A DNA stretch of 64,000 bases from Tubiluchus corallicola (GCA_030141605.1 JAQGDQ010000783.1:1-64000), one strand, 5' to 3'; positions 13,961-29,076 are shown, counted from the stretch's first letter. Made by a program: numbers and translations. The notes: generated by a model not told the origin, from the sequence alone.

Positions 13961-16900
13961 ATGCTAGTCCAGTAACCCAATGCTCCAAAAATTGGTTTCA
14001 TCACAGTTGTTTGGACAAAAATTACAATAAGTTGAAGCACAAAAAGTGGCCCTTCCTCGGAACTTGATGAGCAGACTGGCTCTCATGAACTCGCTGTTTC
14101 TAAGAGTTTTCTTCTTTGTCACTTTTTCATTTTTTATGTTTCACATCTGCATGGTGTGACTTTTCTCAAATATCAAAAATGAAAAAAATGGCAAACAAGA
14201 AGAATCTAAGAAACAACCACTTAATCCGGGTTCAATGCCAGGATGATGAAAACTTTTGAAATACAGACAGAGATATTTAAAAATAAAGCAGGCAGGCAAC
14301 CAGCTTAAGTCACAAAATTTTTAGCTTTGTCAGCCATACTGGATACTGTTTGAGGGCATTAGACACTCAAATTTAATTTAATTTAAATAAGGGAAAAATG
14401 CAATTGAAAAATATTCGTGACGTAAAATTCAGGTATGATGACATGTGGCTTCACAAAATGCCCCGTGCCCATCTACTGTCCCTCTCTGAGTTACAATTGG
14501 TTTAGGAATTTTGTATGACAATGTTGCAAGTCGGTAATTACTAGAATACAGTCAACTATATTAAAAGGGGTTCCAATGCTGCTCGGTAGTTCTTATATTC
14601 CAGACTGACGTCACAGACGTCACAAGGCCTTATATCAAAATTTTTCAAGAAAACAGCATCTTTACGCACATATCGCACTCATGTTAAAAGGAATTTTTGT
14701 CTGCACATGTCTGGCAATACTGTTCCAAAGTCGCCATTACGTGAAGTCACCTGCGTAAACGTAAATCAATGTAAGGAAAGGAAATGTTAAATTATATCCC
14801 AAAAAACTTTCCACACAAATCCATTTTACTTAGCATTCCACTTACCTGCTGGAAAGGCAAAGGTAACTAGACTTAATTTAAAATTTAAAATGTTATTGCA
14901 ATTTGGTAAAATGTCTCTGACTCACCCTCCATAGTGCGCTACTCACTAACCAAAAACGTATTTTTAATCTAATTGACAAGATACAGTAACTTAAAATTTT
15001 ACTTAGTAACATATATATGCTAAGCATGCTCTAATTATTTTTCCAAACTTCACGCAATGCTATCTAAGCTTGTTTCAAACAACGAACAAAATTTCTTTGC
15101 CTAATGTTCCACGCCGGAGATTAAATTTACAAGTATTATAGAACGTTACTGCCAGCACAAGCCCAGCATGCAAAAAGGCTGTATATAATTGGTATAAAAA
15201 TTTCAAGACGAACTTTTTAAGCTTGATGTAAATGGATGGTATTCTTATGCTTTATGTATTACCGAACAGATACATTTTTTAGAATTTATTACTTTATTGC
15301 TTTTTAATACTCTTTTTGTAGTATGAAATTGGACGTGATCCGAGGGAATTTTTATTAAAACCGTTGAAAAGACGAATTCAACGCCACAGGCGAATGAACG
15401 GACGACAAATATGCTCTAGCCATATCAATGAACTTCTGAAGCAGATCAAGGGAGCAGTTAAATTCAAAGAATACAATTTGAGCAGTGCAAAATGAGTAAA
15501 ACGGAGCACAAGACCCTGAAACCAAAAAAATGACGTAGTGCAAAAGCAACTGGCAAGTTAGTTTTGCTGTTACGGTTTTAAACTGGTAGACTTACGATTT
15601 TGTGGTTCCACAGGGTTCACTATTCAATGTATTACATCAAAAGTTCTACTGATGAATTGCTTTTGAGATTCGGTCTATAGGCTTCGTATAATATCGCTGA
15701 CAGTCAACAACCTTGTGTGTGATCTAACCTTTCTCCCTGTTCTTTTTTGTTCACTTATCAATTCCTTTTTTATCTGATTCACATGGCAATAGACTTATAC
15801 ACGCCTTTAGTTCTCGAATTGTGGTTTTATAACTTAATAAAGCCCAATTGCTACAAAGACCCTTATCATTAATCTATTTTACCTGCTAATCAGATTGTAA
15901 AGTATCTTCACAAACTACCTTTGCTATTTTTTCATTTCAGAAATTCTATTGCCGTTCCTAAATCACAAAAATATAGTTAATTTTTATACTCAAGAACATA
16001 AAACTTAAACTGGCACAAGTCCATCATCAGAAAATAATTGTTTAAGACCAGAACAGCTGAAAATTCAATACTACGAAATGACAACTCCTCAAACTTCGCA
16101 TTAATAAATGGTATTTAACAGAAAATAAAAAATGCCTTATGAATAAAATGCTTTAACTCCTTCAGCACATTGTCTTTTACTAACACAATGGATTTTCATG
16201 CAAAATTGTATATGAAATGAATTTACACACTTTAGACAAATTAAAAATCGAAAAAAATCGAAAGATAAAAAGAAATTGAAAAAAATCTTTCAGCAACAGC
16301 AATGTGTGACATCGGCTAGTGCAGAACATTTCAACTATTCTGAAATAACAAACTGATAAACTTTGGCCTCAAGTCTACTTTATTTTCAAGCTGAAATTCC
16401 TGTTAAAAGATGAAGCAACCTTAATTTCTCCTTGGCTGATCGGTTGGTTTTTGTTGGAATAGCTGGTGAACACTGCACAGCTTATGCTGTTGCAAGCAGG
16501 CGATCAGCGAATTACTGTGTACTGTCACGCAAGTGTAAACAAGACTAAGCTATTCAATAGCCTAAGTTGGAGTGCCCAAAGGGGCGTGTTTTTCTTAATT
16601 TTATCCATTTAAATAGCTTATAGATGTTTAAACAAATAGCATTATTGGATAGCTGATATGCTCCTCAATAGAACACTACCTAAATTGCAATCATTTGGTT
16701 ATGTCTGTGCCCATACAGTAACAGAAATGTCAAAGATAAACCTATTTTGAATTATGAGGCCCAGAAGGTGTTAAGTAGTGTTTGCATGCTCTTACAAAAT
16801 TTATTTGCAATTATTATTATTATACAAATTCACACTATGTCGTGTCGTTGTTGGTTGGCTCGATGGAGAGAGACACCGACTAGCTCTCTCCGTGAATGTA

Positions 16901-19708
16901 ATTTACTGTAATTTATATGAGTAGAAGTGGTATATAAAATTATTACCAATCTTTTTATACTTGTCTACTTTGATGTTAATTCTCATTTGTGTTGTGTTTT
17001 TATTTGTTAAACCTAGGTCCTTAAATTCTAACAGTGCAACCGATTTAGTTTAAGGCTAAATACTGTAGGTATGCAAAAAGAGTTTCCGTCTTGACAAAAT
17101 AAAATTAGTTATACATTAAACTTTTTTAACAAACAGTTGGTATATCTTATATAAAGTTACTACAGACATGACTTTGATTGCAAAATGCAAATAGTGTTAT
17201 GTAAATTAATAACAAAATATTTCAATTAATTCTTTTCCAGCACAGAGTGTGCGAAACTCATAGCACGTTTTGCAAATACAATTTCGATATTTTCTTTAAC
17301 TAGATCTCTTGAGTACTTTGATTTATCCTGAGCATACGGAGGCAGATACACAAAGCCATTCATCTTATTAGTTATATTGATTCTATTTCTTCAGTACTCA
17401 GATTAGTATAATCTTTACTCGTTATCTCTAAGTAATTTCCAGAAAAACCAAAATGCGCTTTAGATATGTCACGTTGTGCTAAAAGTTGAGTTTCGTTTCT
17501 GCATTTAAATGTGTGATTTGGTAGACAACAGGTTCTAAAATATCGTGCAACGTCTTGGACGGTTGTCATAACTAAACATAATACATTTAAAATGTATACC
17601 AAAGCATGGTATTATAATCAAAACAGTAATGTTAGGATTTACTAAAGAACTTTTGTATATATTTAATACTAACTTTTATCTGTCATGTAACCCCTTTGTA
17701 AAATATTATGCTAGAGATTTAAGGCAATTTTTAACTGCTACTAGAGATGCAGGGAGAATTAACAACGAAGAACTTTCTATAGCTAATTTGTCTGTTATAA
17801 AATCTGATCTGGATAAATTCAAGCAAACTCTTTGGCACAAACAATTCAATATATATATATGCTTTAAGTTTTATTCATGGACAAGGATTTTTTAAACATT
17901 TTTTATTCCGATTAAGACTCATACCTGACAATTCTTCTTTATGTGGTCTTCTCCAAACTTGTGAAAATCTACTTTTCGACTGTCCTTTCATAGACTCACA
18001 AAAGCGTATGTTTTTTTTAAATAACATTCACACCACCAACATTGCGGTGTGAATTCAAAGGCAAAATCTTTTAGATCATTTGTTGAAGTAATTAAGGATG
18101 ACTTCATTAGGCAGCAAATGTCAGGAGCATCATGATACGTGTTTACATTTATACTGTGTTTACAGTGACTTAAGTTTATTATTTTAATAAAAAATGTGAA
18201 AATTTATACTTACGCTAATGTTGTACCTGCAAATAGAGGTTTATTTTTTAATAAAGATTTTAAATCTCTCTCTCTCTCTCTCTCACTCTCTCTCGTGAAA
18301 AGTGTGAAATGTTTTGCTGTCACTCTTTCACCCTTTTCCTGGACAAAATATAATTAATCTATCTCGATATTGCTGGTGCTATTGTTGTTTTTGTTCTTGC
18401 TGCTATGTAGCTGATGATGCTGCTGCTGGTGACAATGTCACAGTGGCTATTGCTGTTGTCTCTAAAAGCTTTGTGCATTTAAACTCATAACTTGGGGCAA
18501 AAAAATTCCGGTATTGTTCCACGGAATCAAGCTGATGTTTAAAACAATCTTGTGAGCAGCTAACTATTTCCCTTTGGAACTACTTTCTCTGGATCCCTGA
18601 AAATAATGATGATAATCCGTGCCGTCAATTACAATATGTTAACGTAGTTTTTAAGCGGTGCGTTACAAAGGAAACTTACCTGAAATGCAAAGAGCCTTAC
18701 TGAAACTTGCCATCATGTCATCATATGTAATTTTCAACTTAAAATTCTCATCATGTTGGCAAGCTCCTTCTTTACTGCACCAAACGCATAAGATGTGTTC
18801 TGTATCATAAATTTATACACAACTTTTACTCTCTTGATCATGCAGAATGCTAGTGTTTGTTCATATAAGTGTTTATGTAGAATTTGTAATATGCAAGTCA
18901 ATATCTATTTAATGTGCGTTAATCCCTTGAGGCGTATCATCAACAGTACATCCTTATATTGGACTTTGTGTCTTTCAAATTTTGCTGTTTACTTCAATAA
19001 AATTATTAATAGAAAAATAAAGATAGTGTTGTCGATCTCCGACTGTAAGATGCAAGCAGTATCTAACGGAACAATGCAAATCATTATGGTTCAAAAACCT
19101 GTTGTTACGCAAAAACGGTTTACTATAACTATTTGGATTTTCTAGTATGAGATTTCGTATATAGCGTTTGTATTTAAGCCACTTTTATCTCACTAAATTT
19201 GAACCAAATGAGTGGACGAATTACTAATTCATTTACATGTTAGTTGCACTGATCCGGCAAAACAAAAACACCCACGTTTCTGCAAAAGCAAATTGAAGAA
19301 ACTTTCTGTAAACGCATATCATCATACTTGAATTAGAATTGCAGTAATATCAATTCAACTTTCAGCTGATGTGACGACAAATTTTTGCGAATATCATTCT
19401 GGAATTTTCTAACTGGAAAGTACCTAAGCTTAATTTTACGAAAATCATTTTTTACGAGTCCAAATACATATCAATGAATAATTACATAAAATTGTTGTTA
19501 TAGTTTTTGACTGTTATTGTTCTTATCACAATTTCACCGATAAATATATGAAAGAACGCACAAGCTGCCGAGTCAACAGTTTTCTGGCAATCCAGCACAT
19601 GCAAACATCTCAGTATAAGGCTTAGGGTATTTTAGATTAAGCAAAACAAATTTTTGTTTGCAGTTGAACTCAGTAGCTGTTACAGCTGGTGTCCTTAGTG
19701 ATACAGTC

Positions 19709-22700
19709 ATGACTACAAACGGTGGAAAGCAAAAAGAAACTCAGATTCAAAAAAGAATTTTTGGCACACTGTGCGTTAAGTGTTATCTTTTCTTTAGCGT
19801 TGTTTGTATAACAGTGGTACTGCCAAAACTGTATAATGAAACAAAGGTGATAAAGACATACCTGAACCATGATGATTGTGGTGAGTACTTGCTTCATTTT
19901 ATATTATCATCTGGCATTAATTTGGTGTGATAGAAGCGGCATATGTAAATGCTGACAAATATTAAATTTTCGAGAAGTGATAAATTTTTTGAGTCAGCGT
20001 AGAATGCAATGACTTTTTGGATAAACACGCAAAAATAAATACAATTCTGCTAAACACGTTATATGAAAACAAGGCCAGCATGGCACTTCTCAAGTGTTTA
20101 TTTATAGTTGACTGAATCCGCTTAGCAAACATGTTCTCACAATATTCATTTAAATAGCCGTTTAATCACTTGCGTATTGACTACCTTCACAGAATGTATA
20201 TATATATATATAGTTGTAATCTTGTAAAAATGTTTCTAGCTAGCTTGGAGTGACATAACATTACGTAATGGCACTTATCCTCCTCCTTATCGAGGATAAT
20301 CCGTAGCCAGTTCCCCATATGTAGTCATTATAATTGTATTTTGTAATGTTTATGTAAATTGTTTCACTCATTTTGACGTGGTCGTTAACTTAATGTAGCT
20401 AATGGCTCTTTCGTAGCATTTGGCTCTATTCTTTCCCACCGCTATTACCATGTAATCATTCTTTTCCATATAATTGTAAATATCTATTGTGTTTTGTTTC
20501 TTTCGGACGGCTCGTAGAGAAAACCAGAAAACACGTTGTCAAATTAAAATAGTTTATTATGCGAGAATTCTACAACACTAAAGTATGAAATGAACGCGAA
20601 ATGCTTACAATAAACGTGATAATCTGGAAAAGTGAATGCGTATTTGAGAATCTGAGAATACGAGAGAATAAACTCCAGCGGCCAGCTCTGCCTTATATAT
20701 CAGTGCAAATGAACAATCTAGAAATAGAAAGTTCTAGAAACTTCTACAAGGTAAGAAGATTGTTCTACTGTACAATGGAACCTTCTACAAGATAACAAGA
20801 TTGTTCTACTGTACAATGGAACATTCTACAATACTCTGTTTAATTCCAGTCGATTTCCACAACAATATCACTTGTTAACTGTTTGTGTAATGTAAAAATA
20901 ACTATGCATATATTTTAAATTTGTCGTTCTTGTTTTCTATAAACGTCATATATTTGCGCCTCGCGAAATGTGGAGTTGAACTTTAAAACACTAGGCCTTT
21001 CGCTCGCCAGTAATTGCTTTCCCTCGTTTTTGTAAAAAGCTAAAGGATTAAAATGTTCTAAAAAATCTGCGTTCGCGACAACTTTAAATGCAGTAGAATG
21101 GTACAACATTGTATGAATTTGAAAAACATATAATAGCGGGATCTTCCGATTTTAAATTAAAAAAACTATAAAAAATAGCATTCACAGCAAATTATTTACA
21201 ATTAGAATTCTTTATGCTACAATAAGCAGAAAAATATTAGTAACATACACTTATTTTTTTCTGAATAGAAAAACAAAAGAAAAAATAATATTACATGCAA
21301 TTGGCAAACTGCTGCATTTATAAATAAATGCATTCCCTTCTGAATAAGCACACAAAACAAATGCAAACTAGTATGTTAGTGCATCTAATTCTCTGCAAAG
21401 GATGTTGGCTGTCCACGTGGTACAGCTGCATAACTCGAAGGATGTTACAGGTATGAAAGACTAGGATGGTTCGAAACTTAGGCCTTGTTTGCAACACCAG
21501 TATTAACAGTGGTTAATAGCTGTTTCTGTTGGAGCTGTTTCTTTGCTAAGAAAGTAAACGCTAAGTTTTGAGTAACATTGGTGACTAGAAAGCAATAAGC
21601 AGCCAAGTTGGTATGATCTGAAGGTGGTAATGATGCACCTTCACAATTAAAGTAAACAAATGAAAAAAATTATGGTTTTCACAACATTTTAACAGGCAAG
21701 TGGAGAAGCGAACTACTAGCAAGTAAATGACACATTACAAGATCAGGATTTTCGTTTTACAACCGGGCCTTACACTGCACTGTTACATTTAAGCTGTGCT
21801 ACACCTGTGTAATGCATGCTAATATGATGGCAGTATGACAACTGTAACAAGCCAGTATAACAAGGTTAACTAGCTTTTACTTTCAAATGAAATTTATAAG
21901 TAAAATGCTAAATTTTCCATTCCGGAGTGACTACAGTTTTTGCACTGAGGCTTATAAACGCACCTTTCCTGTGATCGTTTAATAGTACGTTTGTTCATTT
22001 GAGTTTAGACACATTCACAGTTGGTGACATAATGTGCATCTCACTTTCTTGAGTTAGGACTGCTTTCACAGGTTGTCCGTTCTGGTTCACATTTCATATT
22101 TGTTTTTTTTTCAGATTATGAGAACATTAAAAGCCATCGAAGTCATTTAAAGAATGTTTTTGATTTAATTGAAAAGGAAAATTCAGCCAGAATCAAACGT
22201 ATTCAGCACTATTGTACAAGACCAAAGTTCAAAAACAATGCAGACAGTGAAGATGGTAAACCAACATTAATTTATGTGGATCATATGCACAGAGTGTTGT
22301 GGTGTTGTTCACCAAAAGTTGGAAGCATGAACTGGAGAGCCGCAATTAAAAAAACTATTCGTTCACGTCTAAGTTTACTAAAATATCGCAATATTTCCAG
22401 TCAAGTAAAAAAATTTTTTTACCCGTTGCATGAAGGGGAGCTTAAAGAATTTGCTGATTATAAGAAGTTCTTTTTTGTTCGTGAACCATTTGCAAGGCTT
22501 CTTTCAGCGTGGCGAAATAAATTAAGTGGTGTCGATTACAATCAAAAATATGATTCATTAAGTAATTGTATCTGAAATCACTATTCGAAGTCTGACAAAG
22601 AGGGTAATTATTCTACTTTTCACCAGTTTCTGCAATACTTGGTTGATGACGAGAGAAACTTTCCAAATGGTAGTGACCTAAAGTTATCCAAGAAAGACGT

Positions 22701-23001
22701 ACACTGGAAAAGTTTAATTGATACATGTCGTGTTTGCTCCATAAATTATGATTTTGTGGGAAAACATGAAAGCATCGAAATGGAATCTAAATACGTTCTA
22801 CATACTTTTTTTAACAACACGAGGGATTCTCTTCCTAAAAAGAAGCACAGTAAGCAGGTTGGTCAATCGGAAAGTGTGGCAAAAACATTTTACTCTAAAG
22901 TCCCTTTCCAATTGAAAGAAGAAGTATATAAGATATACAAGAATGAGTTTGAAGTTTTCAATTACAGCTTTCCAAAAAAGTATTTTGCAGATAAAAACTG
23001 A
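19709..23001 (+). pseudogene. CHST: Carbohydrate sulfotransferase, CHST8-14/HNK-1ST family (Sulfotransfer_2); exons 19709-19880 and 22115-23001; one in-frame TGA at 22573-22575
   Basis: Exon 1 has a type II TM anchor and donor G|gtgagt; exon 2 acceptor ttttttcag|AT is in phase. PAPS motifs PKVGSMNW and FVREPFARLLSAWRNK, plus HW..C..C.INYDFVGK. ORFs 22276-22575 and 22639-23001 share a frame across one TGA (352 codons read through). Confidence 0.88.
20534..20833 (-). mobile_element. Possible solo LTR in the CHST intron
   Basis: Degenerate TGTTG..CAACA-like ends, TATATA and AATAAA on the minus strand, internal direct repeat aagattgttctactgtacaatggaac x2. No TSD seen. Confidence 0.35.
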
Positions 23002-26000
23002 TACGTAGTACTGCAGTCTATGTACTATGTCTAGTGTACTAAAGCGTAAATGAGTTAACCTTTAGATGCATCATGTTTTAAAATTCTCGCTAGTTTTATT
23101 TTTCAATGACAGCGAAGAATTTGTGCAAAATTTCTGAAAACACGTATTTAAAAGTGTGGTACATCACGGACTTACACACATTTCATTTGTATCAAATATA
23201 ATATAATACATCATGTGTATGCTCCATGCGAGTGTGTGTAAAACACTTACATCGGTGAGCGTATCCGCTTGATCTAATAATCCAACCTTTTGGTTTTTCC
23301 TGCCTTTATACATGCATTATTCTTATTTGGTGTGACAGACTGAGTTACGGGAATGCTTTTTACCAAATTGCTATTTTTTTTCAAAATTGGTTGTTTATAT
23401 GATTAAAGCTAACAGCGAAATTTTCTGAACATAAACACAACCAGCAGGCGAAGTAGCCTATAAAGCAATGGGTTTAAGACCCTGTTTTTTATGTTATTCT
23501 CCTTTATAGCGAAAGCGGAATTACATATTTCTTAACCTTCAAGACAGTTCTTATGCGTACTTTTACGTGATATTGTTACTTAAATTGCGCGCCGTTGGCC
23601 TTGCACCTGCCCATCCTTATAATCAGCAGCTTCTAGGGAAGGGCAGACCCACCTGTAGCAAGAGGTTAAAATGTACAATTTTCATAACACCTTCCACACT
23701 CTATACAGCTGTTAATTTCCAAGCTTAGAGTGATTTGAAGGCTGTTTACAAATTCTTGTGCAGAAAAGAAAGTTTTACAGTCTATATGTTGATCAGTTTT
23801 AGGTACAAGCTATCATTTGCAAACTAGAAGGCTTTGAAATGAAAATTCTGAGGAAATTCTACAAACCTTACTTATCATTCTTTAATTACATCATTGAATC
23901 TAATTATGTTATTTTAGTAATCTACAGTCTACAGTAATAGAAAGAAAATTTATTTATCCTTCAGAAAATATAAAGTTTTGCCTAGTAGCTCATGCAATTA
24001 AGCTGTTATGGGTATTTCTGTACGGAGTTGTCAAAACTTCACAAATATTTGTCTTCTTGAAGGAATTAATTTCAAAGAAGATCGCGAATTTTAGAAGTCC
24101 ACATCTAAAGTGTTTTTGTGTTCATTTTGACTAATGTTTATTCACGTGATTGAGCATGTTTTTAAACTTTCTCCTCTTATCCAAACGGCAATTATTATCA
24201 CTCAGTCTCAGGTTTAGAAATCATAGCAGAAAAAGGAGTTTTCACCTCTGTGTTTGCAATGCAAAAATATTGAAAAGTATTTAAACTAAAAACTCAAAAT
24301 TGAAATTTTAAATGTGATTATAGTCCTTTCAATTTTATCAACAGAAACTTTACTTCAAACAACAACGTTAGAACACACTAGGGCTTCCAGGGTGCTGTAT
24401 TATTACAAGCATTAAGTTAACTTCCAACAGAAAAAATAGAACATTCCACTGTTTTGTCCCAATCAACTCAAATAGAGCTGCTTTTTATTTTCTGTCACTT
24501 GGTTGGATAATGGAATAAGTAAGAGGCGATGTGAGGAGCAGCTATAGGAGTAATAAAGGTTACGCATTACAGAAACAGCTAAAAGGATGGGTGGCTGCTG
24601 AGAAAAATTCAGCCTTAAGAATCAATATAGAAAGTCTTTGAGTGATACCTATAGAGTAATACTTATACAGTATCAAGATAATATTGATTCTATAAAATAT
24701 TCTCCTGTTTTCCTTCAGTGTTCTGCATTTGTTTTTCATAAAATTTTGTCACAGTTAGGCTATAATTATCTAAATTATCGTAATTATTTGTAAAAAAAAG
24801 TTGTATGCCCTGCTCATTTAGATAATTAATTATAAAAGCTTAAAAGTTTGCAAAATCTCTTTACAGTAACTTTGTTTCATGTACTGCATATGAGTTATTG
24901 TAATGCAAGAAAAATTGGTTCATTTCATTACATCTGATATTGTAAATGTACTAACTAAATGTCACTTATTTGCTTATGTTGACTTTATTGTTAATTCAAT
25001 TTTGTTTGTCATAATGTTCTTATGTTCTGTTTTATTTTTTTACTTGTTTTGATTCTATATATAAAAAGAGCAACAAACTAAAACATCATCTTTTTCTTCT
25101 CTAATTTTTCACTTTAAAATGTCAAAAACGAGAACAAATTATGTTAGTACCATAATTTTCTGGCAGAGCGACACCAAAACTTGCTGAATAATTGTAATTT
25201 GGCTAAGGTTTGATATTATGTGTGCAGTTTATCGTTGTTTCGTTTGTTTGGCAGTCTTATTTAAATAACTAGTTTTTTAATCAAATGTGTTTGTCAGTTT
25301 CAGTTTGACCAACTAATTTGATAATATTTTATCACCAAAAGGCCGATAACCCTTTCAATGGAAGACATCAATTTGCTTTAAATTCTTCAAAGAAAAACTG
25401 ACAAACCAATGCTGGACAGTCAATAGCATACATTGCTCATGGCATCATACTGACTCTTCATACTGGGTGTCACTGAAGAAAACGAAAAAGAATTTTCCTC
25501 GAATAAGCTTTGCTTTTTTGTAATAAATACAATTTGTGACAGTTTGCTAGTGATTTGAAAAGTCGTGTAGCACCTCAGCTTTTGATTCGTGGAAAATCAG
25601 GATGAAACTGCCCTTTCAATTCATTAATGCAGCCGAATTTTTACCCAAACGTTTTTTATAATAAATTTTCGATTATGAATTGCTCACACTGAGGCGAAAC
25701 CTAAAACTTATGTTTGTGCATTAATTGTTCACGTTGGTGCCATAACTCGTCTAACAGACGACACCCTTATTGTGTGCTGATACAGTTAAGGCTTACGACA
25801 AGAAGTCATCAGCTGTTTGGCATTGACATTGACTTGTAAACAAATCGGCTTTACCCTAATGAATGTACTGCGTGTTAAACATACACTACAGCGATAAGCA
25901 AATTGTATTTCTAAACAGACAGGTTTTTTTACAACACACTATCATTCATGCACTACGCAAGTGCAAGTAGGTGTGAACGCTGTTTTTAACGACGACTTAT

Positions 26001-27139
26001 TTTAATAACGCGTTCTGCATGTCATGCGCTAGAGCCAAAAGAGAGTTTTATCTCGACTGTGATTAGCTACTTAATAAAAGCACAAATTAGAAAGCAGGTG
26101 AAAATTTTACAGAAAAAAATTGCACTTATGTTATTTTGCTGCAATAGTTATTTTGTTCCACATAGTTTTTATATACCTTTTAACCTCTAATTTTGGAGGT
26201 GGTAGTAGACGTCCATAAGTCGGCAATTAAGCTTCTCTAGTTATTCACACATTCCGGATCTGCATTTCATGAAGATCATTTTAGTATCAAGCTCATTGCT
26301 CTGTGTTATTTTTAAGCTGAGATAATCCACGTTGAAGTTGAGGTGCAGGCTACACTGAAAACCATAACCTTGAGAAAATCATTGTTAACGTTAGCCATTG
26401 TTTTGGTCGCGGTTCAAAGCGTTTCTAAACATTAGCAAACGCACGAATGTTGGTTACTATGTTACTTTGGACTTTTCAACAGTTTTTCAAACAAGATCCT
26501 AAGTTTTTCAACAGAAAAAATACGAAGCAAAATGACAGCTTCGACGAGCTACAATCGGAGTTTGAATGTACAAGTTTTTTACAATTGCAGTACTAATTTC
26601 TAGCCAGAGAAGAGGGTATAGGATTATAAAATTGGATTTTTAGTATTTTTTGAAAATTTTCTTGATAATTTCTTGATAACTTGATAATAAGAATTTTAAA
26701 ACCCGAATATATTTAACATTTGATTTTATAAAAAAACAAAAATTGATATTTGAATAAATTTTTGGTGCATTCCACCACGCCGACTTAAGGTGGGTTTTTT
26801 ATTTGCAAGCCACCAAGTTATTTTAATAAAGCTATGCACATGGAGCAAAGGTTATTATCACAGTTTTACAAGCGAGAATTTCTCGAAATGGAAGTATAAC
26901 TAACTCGCTGTTGTTTGCCCAGTTCGATATAACAAAAAAGAAGTACTACTACGTCAAGAGACATCAACGAAGTGTTTCTGAACAAACAAACTGTGTTGAA
27001 GTATAATTTTCTTGGCAGAGGTAAAAATAACTAAAATAAGTATCCCAGCTGTAACTCTAATCCTAAACACATATTGTACCAAGTGTGCCGTTTTTCATGC
27101 GCCAGTTTTTACCTGTGTCATTTTTACCTCTTCTAGATT

Positions 27140-27930
27140 TCTCTGTTGCTCTTCTGCTCCTCACAACGGGCGTTTTCCCAAACGAAGTTACCCAGTTTTT
27201 TTGGAAATTTTGACCAAACAGGGTCTAGAAAAACGTTCTCTGGTGGAACTCTTGAAAGGTGATTTGTTGTTCTGTTGGAAGAAGATGTCTATCAAGAGGA
27301 CCAGCTACGAGTTGATTGGGTGTCCATTTTGGGTGTTTCTCGCTTAGAAAACTGGAACGCAAAGCCATTGTTCTGACGCAGTCCATTGTATTATGCCTGC
27401 ACCTTTGCTATTTTTTTTAAGCTGCCGCTGGCTGTTATAATGTAAGTCAAAAATGCAGTTTACAAACACTATGTAGAATGTTTGCGTAGTAATAATCAGT
27501 TGATGAGTGAAAATGCATTTGGTATGGATGTTGTGGTGTGGGTTGAGTGGTGTGGTGTGTGGTATGGTGTAGGTGTTGTGGTGAGGGTTTTGTGGTGTGG
27601 GTGGCATCGCGTGGGTGATGTGGTGTGACTAGCGTGATGGATGCTGTGTGGCAGGTGTGGAATTGTATAGGCGTTGTAGTGGTGGGTATGGGATGGTGTG
27701 ATTGGTGTGGCATAGAGGGTGTGGATGGTGTGTTGCGGGTTGTGTTGTTAGTGAGATATTGTGTGGGTGTGTGGCATGGAATCATAATGGGTGTTGTGGT
27801 GGTGGGTATGGTATGGTGTGATTGGTGTGGTGTGGGAGGTGTGGCATGGTGGGGGTGGCATGGTGTTCTTTGATGTAGTGTGTCCAGTGTGGTGGATGTT
27901 GTATGGCAGGTGTGCGTAAGTCGTGCCTGC
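27140..27930 (-). mobile_element. Non-autonomous repeat with GTG/CAC-rich low-complexity core
   Basis: GTG-rich tract 27530-27910; flank similar to the element at 2400-2910. Confidence 0.5.
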
Positions 27931-27993
27931 ATTTGTTGACCTTTTTAAGCTGTAACTATTCTTTTAGCTCTGGTACAACTGTTTTAGACTGGG

Positions 27994-29076
27994 CTACTTT
28001 TTCATTATTCTCAGAATTTGCCTTTTTTTGTATAAAACTGTTGAAACATTCCAGTTTGCAGTGAGGTGCTTTAGTCTTTCGTTTCCATAAACTCTGTGTG
28101 CATTCCATGCTAAGTAGCTTCTACCATGATCTGTTTCTACATTTAGAAAGAAATAACCTCCTGGTTTAACTAAGCACCAGGCCTGAGCCATTGCTTCAAG
28201 ATCTCCACTTGGATTCAATGAGTCACCATAGCGCCCAAGTCCACTGTGTTCTATTGAAGAATAGCTGATTCCAAAATCAAATAATGGTCTCGGATGTTGA
28301 AGATATTGCTTTGATAGGTTTTGAGGCAAAATTGTTGATATTTTACTGTGGTTTGACACAAGATCACTGTAATCCATTGTTGTGATGTGACCAACGTTTC
28401 TATTAAGCAGTAAAGCTTCAATCCATGGATATTCTGTGCCAATAACAAAACCATGTTTACCTTCAATCTTTTCTCTGTACATATCTAAAGCTTCATCTAC
28501 GACTTGCATTGCGTGAATGCCATAAACTGAAATGTTCTTTCCATCTGATGCAGTTTTTTGCAACTGTGACATTAACTCCGGTGTAAACAGTTCTTTTCTA
28601 GTTTTTGCATAGTTGGAAGCAAAGTACCATCGTTCCTGTAAAAGTAATGGCATTTTTCCATACATTGTAAATTCATCAAATAATTCACTTGGTGGCGCAC
28701 GTGGAGGAGGCCATTGGTCAGCTGGTTTCTCTAAATACAAACGCTGCATAAGAGAAAGACAGTCAAAGTGTTTATGTAACATTGGATAGTCTAATCCAGG
28801 CGACTGTTGAAAATGTTGACTGTTGATATCACAGGCTTGTCCACAGTAAATATCACTCTTGTTTAATTGTATAGAAGACGAAAACAAAAAGTTCTTCACA
28901 TCTCTACCATAATTAACAGAATTTACTTCATTAGAATAGCAGTTATCAAGGCTAAATTGCAAAATATTTCGTTGTGCATTAAGAAATAAAACAGCAAGAC
29001 ATAATCCAATATAAAAGTATGCTCTTCTTTTATAATATCTGAAAGAGAAAATAACAGATATGATGTTTGTCCGCAT
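27994..29076 (-). CDS. DUF268-family protein (SAM-dependent methyltransferase-like fold), type II membrane, 360 aa, single exon, intact
   Basis: N-terminal TM segment; motifs PWIEA, SSIEHSGLGRYGD..P.GD, C.VKPGG, NAHRVYG..RL. Confidence 0.88.
   Translation of the reverse strand: MRTNIISVIFSFRYYKRRAYFYIGLCLAVLFLNAQRNILQFSLDNCYSNEVNSVNYGRDVKNFLFSSSIQLNKSDIYCGQACDINSQHFQQSPGLDYPMLHKHFDCLSLMQRLYLEKPADQWPPPRAPPSELFDEFTMYGKMPLLLQERWYFASNYAKTRKELFTPELMSQLQKTASDGKNISVYGIHAMQVVDEALDMYREKIEGKHGFVIGTEYPWIEALLLNRNVGHITTMDYSDLVSNHSKISTILPQNLSKQYLQHPRPLFDFGISYSSIEHSGLGRYGDSLNPSGDLEAMAQAWCLVKPGGYFFLNVETDHGRSYLAWNAHRVYGNERLKHLTANWNVSTVLYKKRQILRIMKK

Noticed and set aside
17372-17895. Two short ORFs, possibly a DNA-transposon remnant
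   Set aside because: No motif I can identify with confidence.
27447-27932. His/Thr/Pro-rich mucin-like ORF (also 2448-2707)
   Set aside because: Low-complexity core of a dispersed repeat with no signal peptide or splice support.
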